From an uncultured Ectothiorhodospiraceae bacterium (lineage in GTDB: Bacteria > Pseudomonadota > Gammaproteobacteria > CAYFWJ01), in contig CAYFWJ010000004.1 of the NCBI GenBank assembly GCA_964346755.1, forward strand, positions 1 through 58,929: a stretch of 58,929 nt of DNA, given 5' to 3'. The notes under the pieces are model-generated. The model worked only from the letters and a program-made list of their open reading frames with translations, had not been told where the DNA came from and did no database searches. Positions 11,333-21,354 of this stretch are shown in pieces. The position numbers and the translations under genes were made by a program. How positions within the stretch are numbered: the first letter of the stretch is position 1; each line of letters starts with the position of its first letter.

Positions 11333-12235
11333 ATGGACGACAACGATCGGTTACATCGCTTCCTCTTGGAGGGCTCGCGAGTCCGCGGGGAACACATCCA
11401 TCTCGATGCCACATGGCGCGCAATCTTGGGCCAGGCCGATTACCCGCCGGCGGTCCGTTTTCACTTGGGTCAAGCCATGGCCGCGGTGGGCTTGCTCCGG
11501 GCGACGTTGGCGGCCGGGACGAATCTGACCCTACAGATCCGGGGCTCGGGTCCGCTTCACCTCCTCGTAGCCCAGTGTCGAGATGGCAACCGGTTGCGGG
11601 GACTCGCGCGGTGGTCCGACGCCGCGTCGGTGCCGGAACCGGGGACTCCATTGGCGCAGGTTTTCGGCGTGAGCTACCTGGTCATGACCCTTGATACCGG
11701 TAGCGGCCAGCCGTATCAGGGAATCGCCCCCCTCGACGACGCGACATCGATTGGATCGGCCTTGCAGGGGTATTTCGAACGGTCCGATCAGTTGCCGACC
11801 CGGTTGTGGCTGACCACTGATGCGAACGCCGTGGCCGGCTTGCTGATCCAGGAAATGCCATTGAGTGCCGAGGCGGCACCCGAGGCGGATCCGGATGCGT
11901 GGAATCGGGCCACCCATTTGGCCTCCACCGTCAGCGAAGGTGAGCTCCTCGGGTTATCCGCGGCCGAACTCTTGAGGCGCTTGTTTTACGAAGAGACGGT
12001 GCGGCTCTTCGAGCCGGAGTGGGTCAGTTTCCGGTGCTCCTGCTCGCGCGCGCGATGTGCCCAGTTGATCCAGCAGATGGGGTACGGCGAGGCACAGGCC
12101 TTGCTCGAGGAACAAGGACAGATCACCGTCGATTGCGAGTTCTGCAACACGCGGTATACCTTCGATGCGGTCGATGCGGCGTCGCTGTTTCAATCCCCGA
12201 GTGGCATGACGCCGGGGGATGCCCGAAGGCACTAG
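11333..12235 (+). CDS. hslO: redox-regulated chaperone Hsp33
   Basis: C-terminal zinc centre CSCS...(RARC)...DCEFCNTRYTF, with an Hsp33-type N-terminal domain. Confidence 0.92.
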   Translation: MDDNDRLHRFLLEGSRVRGEHIHLDATWRAILGQADYPPAVRFHLGQAMAAVGLLRATLAAGTNLTLQIRGSGPLHLLVAQCRDGNRLRGLARWSDAASVPEPGTPLAQVFGVSYLVMTLDTGSGQPYQGIAPLDDATSIGSALQGYFERSDQLPTRLWLTTDANAVAGLLIQEMPLSAEAAPEADPDAWNRATHLASTVSEGELLGLSAAELLRRLFYEETVRLFEPEWVSFRCSCSRARCAQLIQQMGYGEAQALLEEQGQITVDCEFCNTRYTFDAVDAASLFQSPSGMTPGDARRH

Positions 12236-12384
12236 GGGTAGCGAATCGTTGGTCTGCGGTCAACCCGTTGGAGGCGGTGCGATCTCGAGGGAAAAAAAAC
12301 CGCAACGATGCCGTCGCACTCACGGGTTTGCGCTCAACCGGGGGTCTCCGCCGTCGGCCCCGGGGTGTCGATGGGCTCGTCCGT

Positions 12385-13092
12385 CTAACCCGTCTCGTCG
12401 CGAACCCATTGAAGGCGATAGCCGTGCTGGTAGATGGAGACCAGCTGCCAGCCGTGTTCACCCTTGAGCTCCAACTTGGTTCGGACGCGACTCACGTGGG
12501 TGTCGACGGTCCGGGTATTGATATTGGCTTTGAGCCCCCAGACGGTTTCCAGGATGTGCCCGCGGGACAGGATTCGTCCGGCATTTCGAAACAAGAATAG
12601 GGCGAGCTCGTACTCGCGTTGGGTCGTATCCACGACCTGGCCGTCCACGGCTATGGATTGGTGGCCGGTGTGAAAGCGATACCCCGGAAAGTCGACGATC
12701 AACGTTTGGGTCGGATCGGTTTCTTCGAGTCGACTGCGCCGGGAGACGGCGTGAATACGAGCGGCCAGAAGGGAGGGGCGAATCGGCTTGATCATGAAGT
12801 CGTCGGCACCGGCCTCGAGGGCCTCGACGACGTCTTTGTCCTGGTGCTTGCGGGTCACGAAGATGATCGGGATCGCCCAGTCCAAGTGGGTGCGAAGCCA
12901 GCGCACCACGTCGACGCCGCTGCGATCCGGCAGGATCCAGTCGGTCACCAGTAGATCGAAGCTCTCCCGGTGAATGGTTCGCAGGAATGACCCCGCGTTC
13001 TCAAAGACGTGACAGTCGTAACCCTGGGATTCGATCCAGTGCCGATACAGGTTGGCCTGATCGGGGTCGTCTTCGAGTAGCGCGATCCGCAT
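12385..13092 (-). CDS. OmpR/PhoB-family response regulator (receiver plus winged-helix)
   Basis: MRIALLEDDPD...DLLVTDWILPDRSG (phospho-acceptor Asp context)...FVTRK...DDFMIKP, then the winged-helix region REYELALFLFRNAGRILSRGHILETVWG...RTVDTHVSRVRTKL. Confidence 0.9.
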   Translation of the reverse strand: MRIALLEDDPDQANLYRHWIESQGYDCHVFENAGSFLRTIHRESFDLLVTDWILPDRSGVDVVRWLRTHLDWAIPIIFVTRKHQDKDVVEALEAGADDFMIKPIRPSLLAARIHAVSRRSRLEETDPTQTLIVDFPGYRFHTGHQSIAVDGQVVDTTQREYELALFLFRNAGRILSRGHILETVWGLKANINTRTVDTHVSRVRTKLELKGEHGWQLVSIYQHGYRLQWVRDETG

Positions 13093-13267
13093 CGGTCTTT
13101 ACCGGAGTCGGGTCAGAGAGGAGGTCGCGAGGCCGAGCCCTCACCACGCTTACGGGGGCAATGTGCCACAGGCCGTCGGGGAAGGAAACCCGCACGACCC
13201 CGTGGACCTCGTTTACCCGGGTGGCTGTGGACGGGCACCATACCGCCAACCCCCGGGGTTTGACCGA

Positions 13268-13693
13268 TCACTCGGCCCGGAACATCCGCCTCAGCCGACC
13301 GAAGACACCGGCGGGGCGCTCATTGCCCGGATCATCCTCCAGGCCAGTGGCCGTACTGAGTCCATCCAGACGACCGCGCTGTCGGGCTTTGGACTCGTAG
13401 CGGCTCTGACCGGTCGGCACACATAGCCTGAGCAGATCGCGGTCGTGAACCGCGATATTGAAGTGTTCTTCAAGGATCTCGGCGAGTGCGTCGAGATCCT
13501 CGGCGTCGACTTCGACCTCGGAGTGCTTGAGGTTCAGCCAACGTTTACGGGCGATCGTAAAGGCAATCCCGCAACGGGTGGTCATGACGGAGCGATCGAT
13601 GACCTCCTGGCCCGTCCGGGCCCGTTTGGATTCGATCAGCTGACACAACTCGGCCGGCTCGAGTCGCATCGTTCCATTGACGGCGGAGGTCAA
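13268..13693 (-). CDS. hypothetical protein, possible small HTH-like protein with acidic middle and basic tail
   Basis: The ORF has genome-typical GC-rich third positions. A TTG start at 13693 lies after GGGAGGAAG, with an alternative ATG at 13669. The segment VIDRSVMTTRCGIAFTIARKRW loosely resembles an XRE-type HTH. I do not recognise the family. Confidence 0.5.
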   Translation of the reverse strand: MTSAVNGTMRLEPAELCQLIESKRARTGQEVIDRSVMTTRCGIAFTIARKRWLNLKHSEVEVDAEDLDALAEILEEHFNIAVHDRDLLRLCVPTGQSRYESKARQRGRLDGLSTATGLEDDPGNERPAGVFGRLRRMFRAE

Positions 13694-13718
13694 GGCCCTG
13701 GTTACTTCCTCCCGTGGG

Positions 13719-14132
13719 TCAGGCGCGGGTTACGCGAATCCGAGCGTAGGGATCGCCGGCCGCAATGCCGTGGGTCTGTTCGACGCTGAAGTGATGGGTG
13801 TCGACCCGGTTGAAGGCGTCGACGTCGTAGGACGTGTCCAAGCGCGGGCGCTCCCGGATGTCGATCTTCCAAAGGAGATGAGCCATGCCGAGGGCGGCGC
13901 CCATCCCGAGGAAACTCAGGGCCGGGTCGTCGGAGGGCCCGAATAGCCGGCGGTAGCCGATGCCCTCGTAGCTATTGGAGATCCGGAAGGTGATCGCGCG
14001 TCCCGGGTCGAGGGATTCGATGCGCCAGGTACCCCACCCGAGGGCGTTGGTAATGGCGACGATGCCGTGGAGCCAGTCCTCGCGGGATCGGCAGTGAGGC
14101 TGTACGGCGGCGTGCCATTCGGGGCTCTCCAT
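13719..14132 (-). CDS. XylR_N/V4R-like ligand-binding domain protein, downstream piece of a gene split by an in-frame TAA (possible pseudogene)
   Basis: ALGWGTWRIESLDPGRAITFRISNSYEG...FLGMGAALGMAHLL...EQTHGIAAGDPYARIRV follows the V4R pattern. It is in the same frame as 14238-14843, and the 35 codons between the TAA and this ATG also read as protein (IIYRHLLEAGIPAEDAKEQFIQAGHICAFFTLGGI). Confidence 0.6.
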   Translation of the reverse strand: MESPEWHAAVQPHCRSREDWLHGIVAITNALGWGTWRIESLDPGRAITFRISNSYEGIGYRRLFGPSDDPALSFLGMGAALGMAHLLWKIDIRERPRLDTSYDVDAFNRVDTHHFSVEQTHGIAAGDPYARIRVTRA

Positions 14133-14237
14133 GATGCCTCCGAGGGTGAAGAAGGCGCAGATGTGTCCGGCTTGGATAAACTGTTCTTTGGCGTCTTCCG
14201 CCGGAATTCCGGCCTCGAGCAGATGTCGGTAGATGAT

Positions 14238-14843
14238 TTAGCTAATGGCGTTGTAGTAGTCGGCAAAACGGTCGGTGAGATTGACGCCGAAGGCGTCGAT
14301 CAGCCCGTTACCACCCGGGGCGCGGCTGCCATGGAGTCCCAAGCCGTCGACGGCGGCAATGAGCTCGCGCTCATCGAAGGGGCTTGCCAGGGCGGGGTCC
14401 TCATCGGGCACATCACTGAGCGCAGGCTCGGGTCGATAAAAGCGCGTCGGCGGGCTGCCGTCTTCCGCTGTCATACCCGGGATACCCGGTTGGGCTCCGC
14501 CTCGAACGGCGAAGCAGTCCTCCGAGGCCCCGACCCGCTGACAGGCGGTTTCTTCCACCGGTCGTTCGGTCAGGCCCTCGAGGTAACCCGCGGTGAAGAA
14601 ACAGCTCGGTTCGGGTTGACCGTAGCTGTAGGCGGTCTGACTGTAGTGGGAGCAGGGCGTTGTCCAGGAGACGCCGTCATCGAGTTGGTGTAGTACGCCG
14701 AATCCGGCGTAGGAGAATTCGTCGATGAGTGTCTCGGGCGAGGCCCCGTTGACCCCCATCCGCCCGACGATGGGGATAACCGCGTGTTGCAGGAGCTCCC
14801 GCGGGGCGCATCCCGGGATGCCCTCCGATAGCAGCACGACCAT
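14238..14843 (-). CDS. XylR_N/V4R-like ligand-binding domain protein, upstream piece ending at in-frame TAA 14238-14240 (possible pseudogene)
   Basis: GFGVLHQLDDGVSWTTPCSHYSQ...PSCFFTAGYLEGLTERPVEETACQRVGASEDCFAVR has the V4R-type Cys/Gly pattern. Coding-like sequence (..RFRGGVSRVYHCNHYNAYLQ) continues upstream of the ATG with no ATG/GTG/TTG start codon before the stop at 14952. Confidence 0.6.
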   Translation of the reverse strand: MVVLLSEGIPGCAPRELLQHAVIPIVGRMGVNGASPETLIDEFSYAGFGVLHQLDDGVSWTTPCSHYSQTAYSYGQPEPSCFFTAGYLEGLTERPVEETACQRVGASEDCFAVRGGAQPGIPGMTAEDGSPPTRFYRPEPALSDVPDEDPALASPFDERELIAAVDGLGLHGSRAPGGNGLIDAFGVNLTDRFADYYNAIS

Positions 14844-15244
14844 CTGCAGGTAGGCGTTGTAGTGGTTGCAGTGATAAACGCGGCTGACACCACCGCGGAA
14901 ACGCAGACCACCCGCTCGCTCGGTTTGGAGGGTCCTAGGCGTGGATCTCCATCAATAACAGTAAGACGCGGAAGCAGTCTTGAGCTTGCCGAACGTGCGT
15001 TGCGCGGACTCCACCGAAGGGGCGTGATCGTCACACGGTGTCTTGCGAGCCCCTCGGGAACGATCAGCGATCCCAACCCGTACGAACGTCGAGTCTATGG
15101 CAGTTTTGACGGAGTGCAAGCGTGCCCCCCGAGGAGGCCCGTTGTGGGTTACCGGAGGGATGATCGAAGGAGGCGAGAGGGCGACCCGCGCGCGGCGGGC
15201 CGGACCGGGATCTCGAGCAAGGGATCGAGAGCGGATGAAAGGCT

Positions 15245-15448
15245 TCAGGAGAAGGCGGTGCCGGGTCGAGCGCCCGTGAGCTTGAGGATCTTGGCAAGCG
15301 GGCAGAATCCGGTAAAGGCGGACTGCAGCAGGTTGGCGCCGACGAAGCCAGTGAGCCACAGCCAGTTCGGGCTATGCACCGCCCCGAGTACGGCGGTTGC
15401 GAGGATCAGGACTCCAGCAAAGGCAAGCACGATACGTTCGATGGACAT
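15245..15448 (-). CDS. DUF2892 (YgaP-like) small inner-membrane protein
   Basis: The 67-aa sequence [19 protein letters not shown]...[29 protein letters not shown] has the two-TM hairpin with the conserved GxCP motif. GGAGGA lies 6 nt before the ATG. Confidence 0.8.
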   Translation of the reverse strand: MSIERIVLAFAGVLILATAVLGAVHSPNWLWLTGFVGANLLQSAFTGFCPLAKILKLTGARPGTAFS

Positions 15449-15772
15449 GGGATATTTCCTCCGTTCAAATTAGCACAGGCTAATAGGTTATGCGTCGATG
15501 GTTTCATCGACAACGATTCCGCGCGTCGGTTCGTTTCGGTTACCGTAGACCGAACGACGCCTGGCGAGCCAGTCGAAGGTGAGCGACATTGCGGTACGAA
15601 GCGCGTGCATGGTCCCCTTCGGCGAAGGCGCGTAGTATGGGATCATCGGTCCCGTCAGGGAGCTCGCTCGTCGTCGAAGCCGCCGGGCGGCCGCACCTCG
15701 CGGGGCCATCTCCCTGTGCCGGGTGAGTTCGGGGCTGTAACGACCCGACCCATCGAACCGAGTGAGTCGCTG

Positions 15773-16399
15773 ATGACGCAATACTTCGAGCTTCATCCTA
15801 CAACGCCCCAACCCCGATTGCTCAAACAAGCCGCCGAGATCCTCGCAAAGGGCGGCGTCGCGGTTTACCCGACCGATTCGACCTACGCGCTCGGGTGTCT
15901 GATCGGCGAAAAAGACGCCCTGATGCGCATCCGGCGATTGCGCGAGACCGAAGACGATCACCATTTCTCGTTAGTCTGCCGCGATCTCTCCGAGCTCGGC
16001 GTCTACGCCCGTGTGGATAACCCAGCCTTTCGCTTGCTCAAGAAGCTCACGCCCGGGCCCTACACCTTCATCCTACCGGCCACCGGGGAGGTCCCGCGGC
16101 GGCTGTTGCATCCGAAGCGAAAGACCATCGGCTTGCGGGTCCCCGGCCATCCGGTAACTCAGGCCCTTCTGAGCTATTTGGAGCGCCCGTTGATCAGCAG
16201 CAGCCTAGTGCTGCCCGGGGACGAGATGCCGATCACCGATCTGGTCGATGATCGCCGGCGACTCGAGCCGGCGGTGGATGTCCTCTTGGATGCCGGTATC
16301 GGCGGCTGGGAACATACTTCGATACTGGATCTGACCGGCGAGGTACCGGAAGTGGTGCGACGCGGCAAAGGGGCGGTCGATCGTGTCCTGGCACCCTGA
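15773..16399 (+). CDS. yciO: YrdC/Sua5-domain protein, YciO-like (threonylcarbamoyl-AMP synthase paralog)
   Basis: MTQYFELHPTTPQPRLLKQAAEILAKGGVAVYPTDSTYALGC...LTPGPYTFIL...TIGLRVP, 208 aa from the ATG at 15773. The 341-aa track ORF is an artefactual 5' extension overlapping the DUF2892 gene. Confidence 0.88.
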   Translation: MTQYFELHPTTPQPRLLKQAAEILAKGGVAVYPTDSTYALGCLIGEKDALMRIRRLRETEDDHHFSLVCRDLSELGVYARVDNPAFRLLKKLTPGPYTFILPATGEVPRRLLHPKRKTIGLRVPGHPVTQALLSYLERPLISSSLVLPGDEMPITDLVDDRRRLEPAVDVLLDAGIGGWEHTSILDLTGEVPEVVRRGKGAVDRVLAP

Positions 16400-16427
16400 C
16401 GCTTCCCGAGCGCCGCGGGTATAATCC

Positions 16428-17099
16428 ATGACGATGACACTCGTACAGCAGATCGCCATCTGGATTCTGCCCGTCCTGTTTGCGATCACGGTCCATGAGG
16501 TCGCCCACGGGTACATAGCTTATCGGCTGGGGGACAGGACGGCCGCCGAGGCTGGGCGGTTAACGGTGAACCCGATCCCGCATATCGACCCGGTGGGTAC
16601 GATCCTCCTGCCGTTGGGGATGCTGGTGCTGAGCCAAAGCCTCGCCGGTCAGCCGCTCGTCTTCGGGTGGGCCAAACCGGTGCCCGTCAATCCCCAACGA
16701 TTGCGTCGGCCAAAGGAGCACATGGCGATCGTGGCGATTGCTGGCCCAGCCGCGAATCTGCTGATGGCCCTTGGTTGGACCCTGTTGCTCGCCGTGGGGT
16801 TGATGATTAATCCCAGCATGCCCGCAATGGGTACGCCCTTGGCGTACATGGGTCAAGCGGGGATTTTGATTAACGCCGTGATCATGATCCTCAATCTCCT
16901 CCCGGTCCCGCCGCTCGATGGCGGCCGCGTGCTGGTCGGGCTCCTGCCTCGCGCGGCGGCCTACCGCGTCGCCCAGATTGAACCGTACGGACTCCTGGTC
17001 TTGATTGCCCTACTGGTGACCGGTGCCCTGGGTGCCATCCTAGGGCCCCCCGTCTACGGTTTGCTCCGGTTATTGGGCAGTTGGGCCGGATTGGGTTGA
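16428..17099 (+). CDS. site-2 protease family (peptidase M50) integral membrane zinc metalloprotease
   Basis: HEVAHG zinc motif in TM1 (ITVHEVAHGYIAYRLGD), a later NLLPVPPLDGGRV motif, and multiple TM helices. Confidence 0.87.
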   Translation: MTMTLVQQIAIWILPVLFAITVHEVAHGYIAYRLGDRTAAEAGRLTVNPIPHIDPVGTILLPLGMLVLSQSLAGQPLVFGWAKPVPVNPQRLRRPKEHMAIVAIAGPAANLLMALGWTLLLAVGLMINPSMPAMGTPLAYMGQAGILINAVIMILNLLPVPPLDGGRVLVGLLPRAAAYRVAQIEPYGLLVLIALLVTGALGAILGPPVYGLLRLLGSWAGLG

Positions 17100-17266
17100 T
17101 GGGTTCGCACGGCGCGGTCGGTGAGGCGTCGGTTCGAGGTTTGCACTAGAGCCCGTTCAGGCATCGGCAGGCGCCTTCGACGCGCGGGAAGCGAAACGCG
17201 GGTCCGTAGCACGCTCGGACAAGAGGCCATACATTCCACCCCCTCTGGAAGCCACTAGACGAGACC

Positions 17267-18484
17267 ATGACCACACGACCGGCGCAGCAACAACGGATCG
17301 TCTCGGGGATGCGGCCCACGGGGCCACTCCACTTGGGTCACTACCACGGGGTCCTCAAGAATTGGATCGAGCTCCAACACAGCTACGAGTGTTTCTTCTT
17401 CGTGGCGGATTGGCACGCCCTGACGACCCACTACGAGAACCCCGGCGATATCGGGTCGCAATCCCTGGAGATGGTGGTCGACTGGCTGGCCTGCGGGGTG
17501 CTTCCCGGGTCTGCGAAGCTCTTTATCCAATCGCGGATTCCGGAACACGCCGAGTTGCATCTGCTTTTGTCGATGATAACCCCCCTGGGCTGGCTTGAGC
17601 GCGTTCCGAGTTACAAGGATCAGCAGGAGCGGTTGCGGGAACGGGATTTGGCCACCTACGGATTTCTTGGTTATCCCCTCTTGCAGAGTGCGGACATCTT
17701 GATCTATAAGGCAGGTCAAGTCCCCGTGGGCGAGGATCAGGTGGCTCATGTGGAATTGGCCCGAGAGGTCGCCCGGCGATTCAACTACCTTTATGGGAAA
17801 GAGCCGGACTTCGAGCAACGGGCCGAGGCCGCGATCCAGAAGATGGGCAAAAAGAACGCCAAACTGTATCGCGATCTTCGCCGGCGCCATCAAGAGCAGG
17901 GCGATCCGGAGGCGCTCGACGTCGCCCGCGCGCTTCTGGAATCGCAGCAGAACATCACGTTAGGGGACCGCGAACGCCTTTTCGGCTATCTTGAGGGGAC
18001 TTCGAAAATCATCTTGCCCGAACCGCAATCGTTATTGACACCGGAGGCCCGTACGCCTGGCCTGGACGGCCAGAAGATGTCGAAGTCGTACAACAACGCG
18101 ATTGCCCTTCGGGACAGCCCGGACACGGTCGTGAAGAAGCTGAAGACGATGCCGACCGATCCAGCTCGCGTTCGGCGCAGTGACCCGGGTGACCCGGACA
18201 AGTGCCCGGTCTGGCCGTTTCACAAGCTTTATTCGGACGATGCCACCCGAGAATGGGCGGCGAGCGGCTGTCGCAATGCCGGTATCGGTTGTCTTGAGTG
18301 CAAACAACCGGTCATCGATGCCGTGCTTGAAGAGCTCCGGCCGATCCGCGAGCGTGCGCTCGAATTCGATACGGACCGGGAGCGGGTGCAAGAGATCCTC
18401 GGTGAGGGGACCGAAGAGGCCCGAGACATCGCTCGGGATACGCTTGAAGAGGTGCGTCGCGCCGTCGGACTATCCCATCGTTGA
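17267..18484 (+). CDS. trpS: tryptophan--tRNA ligase
   Basis: [16 protein letters not shown] (HIGH) and KMSKS (GQKMSKSY), class I TrpRS, 405 aa long form. Confidence 0.95.
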   Translation: MTTRPAQQQRIVSGMRPTGPLHLGHYHGVLKNWIELQHSYECFFFVADWHALTTHYENPGDIGSQSLEMVVDWLACGVLPGSAKLFIQSRIPEHAELHLLLSMITPLGWLERVPSYKDQQERLRERDLATYGFLGYPLLQSADILIYKAGQVPVGEDQVAHVELAREVARRFNYLYGKEPDFEQRAEAAIQKMGKKNAKLYRDLRRRHQEQGDPEALDVARALLESQQNITLGDRERLFGYLEGTSKIILPEPQSLLTPEARTPGLDGQKMSKSYNNAIALRDSPDTVVKKLKTMPTDPARVRRSDPGDPDKCPVWPFHKLYSDDATREWAASGCRNAGIGCLECKQPVIDAVLEELRPIRERALEFDTDRERVQEILGEGTEEARDIARDTLEEVRRAVGLSHR

Positions 18485-18512
18485 AACCCACACGATCCAG
18501 GCGAGACGAATC

Positions 18513-20207
18513 ATGTCGGAACTGACCGAAAGTGCCGCATGGCAGGCCCTCGCGGCCCACTATCAGGCCAACAAGGACCTGCTGATGCGCGATCTGTTCG
18601 CCTCGGATCAGAAGCGTTTCCAGCGCTTCTCCCGCCGCTACGGAGACATCTTGGTCGATTTCTCCAAGAATCGGATCACCGATGCGACGTTGCGGCGGTT
18701 GCTGGATCTGGCCCGCGAACGGGAAGTCGAGGAGTGGCGCGACCGGATGTTCGCCGGTGAGCGGATCAACGTGACGGAGGATCGCCCCGCCCTGCACGTG
18801 GCGCTGCGCAATCGCAGCGGCCGGCCTATGAACGTGGATGGTGCGGATGTGATGCCGGCCGTGCAGGACGTCCTGGAGCGGATGGCTCGCTTCGTCGAAC
18901 GGGTGCATCGTGGCGAGTGGACCGGGTTTGACGGCCGGCCCATCGAGGCCGTGGTGAACATCGGGATCGGGGGATCGGACCTGGGTCCGGCGATGGTGAC
19001 GGAGGCCTTGGCACCCTACCGGACGCACCTGCGCGTGCGTTTCGTCTCCAACGTCGATGCGGCCCATCTCCGGGGGACCCTGGGGGATCTCGACCCGGCG
19101 ACCACCCTCTTCGTCGTCGCTTCCAAGACGTTCTCGACCCAAGAAACCCTTTTGAATGCCCGTACGGCTCGAGAGTGGGTGCGTGAGGGGGGCGCCGAAG
19201 AAACGGATATCGCGCGACACTTTGTCGCAATCTCGACGAACCGAACGGCTGTGGCCGATTTTGGCATCGACCCGGCGCACATGTTCGAGTTCTGGGACTG
19301 GGTTGGTGGGCGCTACTCGTTGTGGTCGGCAATTGGACTCCCGATCGCTCTGGCCGTCGGGATGGACCGATTCGAGGCCCTGCTCGGCGGTGCCCATGAG
19401 ATGGATGAGCATTTCCGGCAGACCGCCTTGCCGGACAATATCCCAGTGATCTTGGCCCTGATCGGGATCTGGTATAACGACTTCTTCGGTGCTCAAAGTC
19501 ACGCCGTGCTGCCCTATGCCCAGGACCTTCGCCGGCTTCCTGCCTACCTTCAACAAGCGGACATGGAGAGTAACGGTAAGTCGGTTACCCGCTCAGGCGA
19601 GCCGGTCGATTATGAGACCGGACCGATCCTGTGGGGGGAGCCGGGGACCAACGGTCAACACGCCTTCTATCAGCTTCTGCATCAAGGAACCAAGCTGATT
19701 CCGGTGGACTTTATCGCCTTTCTCGAGACCCACTATCCGGACCGAGAACATCATCGGATTCTCCTGGCGAATTGCCTGGCCCAGGGAGAAGCCCTGATGC
19801 GCGGTCGAGCGCGCCAGGAGGTTGAGGCGCCCCCCGGGACAACCGCCGATGCGACCATCGATCACAAGGCCCATCGGGTCTTTGAGGGTAACCGTCCGTC
19901 GAATACGTTGGTTTTTCCCAGGCTCGATCCGCACCACCTTGGGGCGCTCATCGCCCTGTATGAGCATAAAATCTTCGTCCAGGGGGTGATTTGGGGCATC
20001 AACTCCTTCGATCAGTGGGGCGTGGAGCTCGGTAAGCAACTCGCTCAATCGATTCGACCCGAGCTCGAGCCCGGTTCCGGGGTGGAAGCGGGTTCCTCGG
20101 AGCCGACGAACGGGGCGGGAGGTCTCGCCCATGACGCCTCAACCCAGGGACTGATCGACTACTTCCTGGCTTACCACAACGAGGCGGCTGAGTCGGATTC
20201 TTCCTAG
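18513..20207 (+). CDS. pgi: glucose-6-phosphate isomerase
   Basis: [18 protein letters not shown]...[10 protein letters not shown]...[13 protein letters not shown]...[12 protein letters not shown]...[14 protein letters not shown]. The start is ATG 18513. The track ORF from 18180 overlaps the trpS 3' end. Confidence 0.95.
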   Translation: MSELTESAAWQALAAHYQANKDLLMRDLFASDQKRFQRFSRRYGDILVDFSKNRITDATLRRLLDLAREREVEEWRDRMFAGERINVTEDRPALHVALRNRSGRPMNVDGADVMPAVQDVLERMARFVERVHRGEWTGFDGRPIEAVVNIGIGGSDLGPAMVTEALAPYRTHLRVRFVSNVDAAHLRGTLGDLDPATTLFVVASKTFSTQETLLNARTAREWVREGGAEETDIARHFVAISTNRTAVADFGIDPAHMFEFWDWVGGRYSLWSAIGLPIALAVGMDRFEALLGGAHEMDEHFRQTALPDNIPVILALIGIWYNDFFGAQSHAVLPYAQDLRRLPAYLQQADMESNGKSVTRSGEPVDYETGPILWGEPGTNGQHAFYQLLHQGTKLIPVDFIAFLETHYPDREHHRILLANCLAQGEALMRGRARQEVEAPPGTTADATIDHKAHRVFEGNRPSNTLVFPRLDPHHLGALIALYEHKIFVQGVIWGINSFDQWGVELGKQLAQSIRPELEPGSGVEAGSSEPTNGAGGLAHDASTQGLIDYFLAYHNEAAESDSS

Positions 20208-20472
20208 GGGGAATCGATTCCGCTAAACGCTGAGCTCGCCTGGCGCGCAGGCGCGACAAGGCCTTACCCAAAAGGCGCTCGACCCGTCAATGGTTCGATG
20301 TCATGCGATGGGTCCGATTTGGAGAGAACGCGCCGCCGGATGACACGCCGTATGGCTGTCCCGTACGACTCGCAGTGCAGCGGGACCCAATCCGGTGTGT
20401 TGCGTCATCGAAGTTCCCACTTCTACCCGATCGAAGACCGATTGTTCGACCCGAGAGGACCGAGGCACGATT

Positions 20473-21177
20473 GTGTTGACCCAAGCCTTGTGGAGTGTTC
20501 CGCTCTTATTCGCGTTGACTGGACTCTGGTATCTCGCCCGATCCCGACGACGCCGTCAGGGATTGAGTCACCAGCGGATCCGACGTCGGTTGGAGCGGTT
20601 CAGTCGAGACCTCATGACGGATGTGGAGATTTGGGATCCGGAGACGGGCTTCAGTGCCACGTGTGACTTCGTCGCTTGGCTTCCCGGCGGTATCCTGGTG
20701 GCGGATTACAAGGATTGGGACGGTCGGATTCGGGGTGACGTCAAGGACGCGCTCTGGTCGCTGAAGGGTCGAGACGGCCAACGCTATCGAGTCAACAATC
20801 CCCTTCAAGCGCTCTCCCGCACGGTCCGGGGACTCCGCCAGAGTCTCGACGCGGATGAGATCTATGGGATCGTCATGCTCGGGCCGCAGGCTCGCCTCGG
20901 ACATAAGCCCCCCGATGGGCTCGTCCGGCCTGGGGAGCTCAGGGCTCAGACGCGCAAGCTCCGCAAAGCGGACCCGCGCGACGGGCTGACGGATCATTGG
21001 CAACGACTCCAGTCGATCAGCCGGGCTCGACCCGGGCCCATCCGGGGTACTCCAGGTGTGAGCGGGCGTTCGCCGCGACGCCATCTGCGACTCGGCTGGG
21101 GGTTTCTCGGTCTAGCCGTGCTGTTTTCCGGGACGCTGCTGCAGTGGGGTTTCAATCCCCCATGGTTCGGGGGATAA
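20473..21177 (+). CDS. NERD (nuclease-related) domain membrane-anchored protein
   Basis: N-terminal TM helix ALWSVPLLFALTGLWYLA. CDFVAWLPGGILVADYKDWDGRIRG...W...NPLQAL...IYGIVMLG follows the NERD pattern. GTG 20473 is preceded by GAGG at about 7 nt. The track start GTG 20395 is also possible. Confidence 0.65.
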   Translation: MLTQALWSVPLLFALTGLWYLARSRRRRQGLSHQRIRRRLERFSRDLMTDVEIWDPETGFSATCDFVAWLPGGILVADYKDWDGRIRGDVKDALWSLKGRDGQRYRVNNPLQALSRTVRGLRQSLDADEIYGIVMLGPQARLGHKPPDGLVRPGELRAQTRKLRKADPRDGLTDHWQRLQSISRARPGPIRGTPGVSGRSPRRHLRLGWGFLGLAVLFSGTLLQWGFNPPWFGG

Positions 21178-21354
21178 GGCGCTCCTCGGGTCGGGGTATG
21201 AAAAGGGGGTCTGCGATGGTTGGGCCGATCCGTTTGTTGGCCCAAGCGCATTGCCGTCGACCCGTAATCCACACCGTAACCGCATCAATCGACGATCATG
21301 TAATGGCCCGTTCGCTCCGGTAACGGAACAGCTAATCGACCAGAGGCGCTGCGG

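Noticed and set aside
18180-18512. Long N-terminal extensions in the ORF track. Examples: pgi from 18180, yciO from 15374, queF to 7052, the FGGY kinase to 6591, pilW to 3384, acs to 38599, and exbB from 26352.
   Set aside because: The extensions overlap neighbouring genes and lack coding-like composition. Internal starts reproduce canonical N-termini, often with an RBS or an ATGA overlap.
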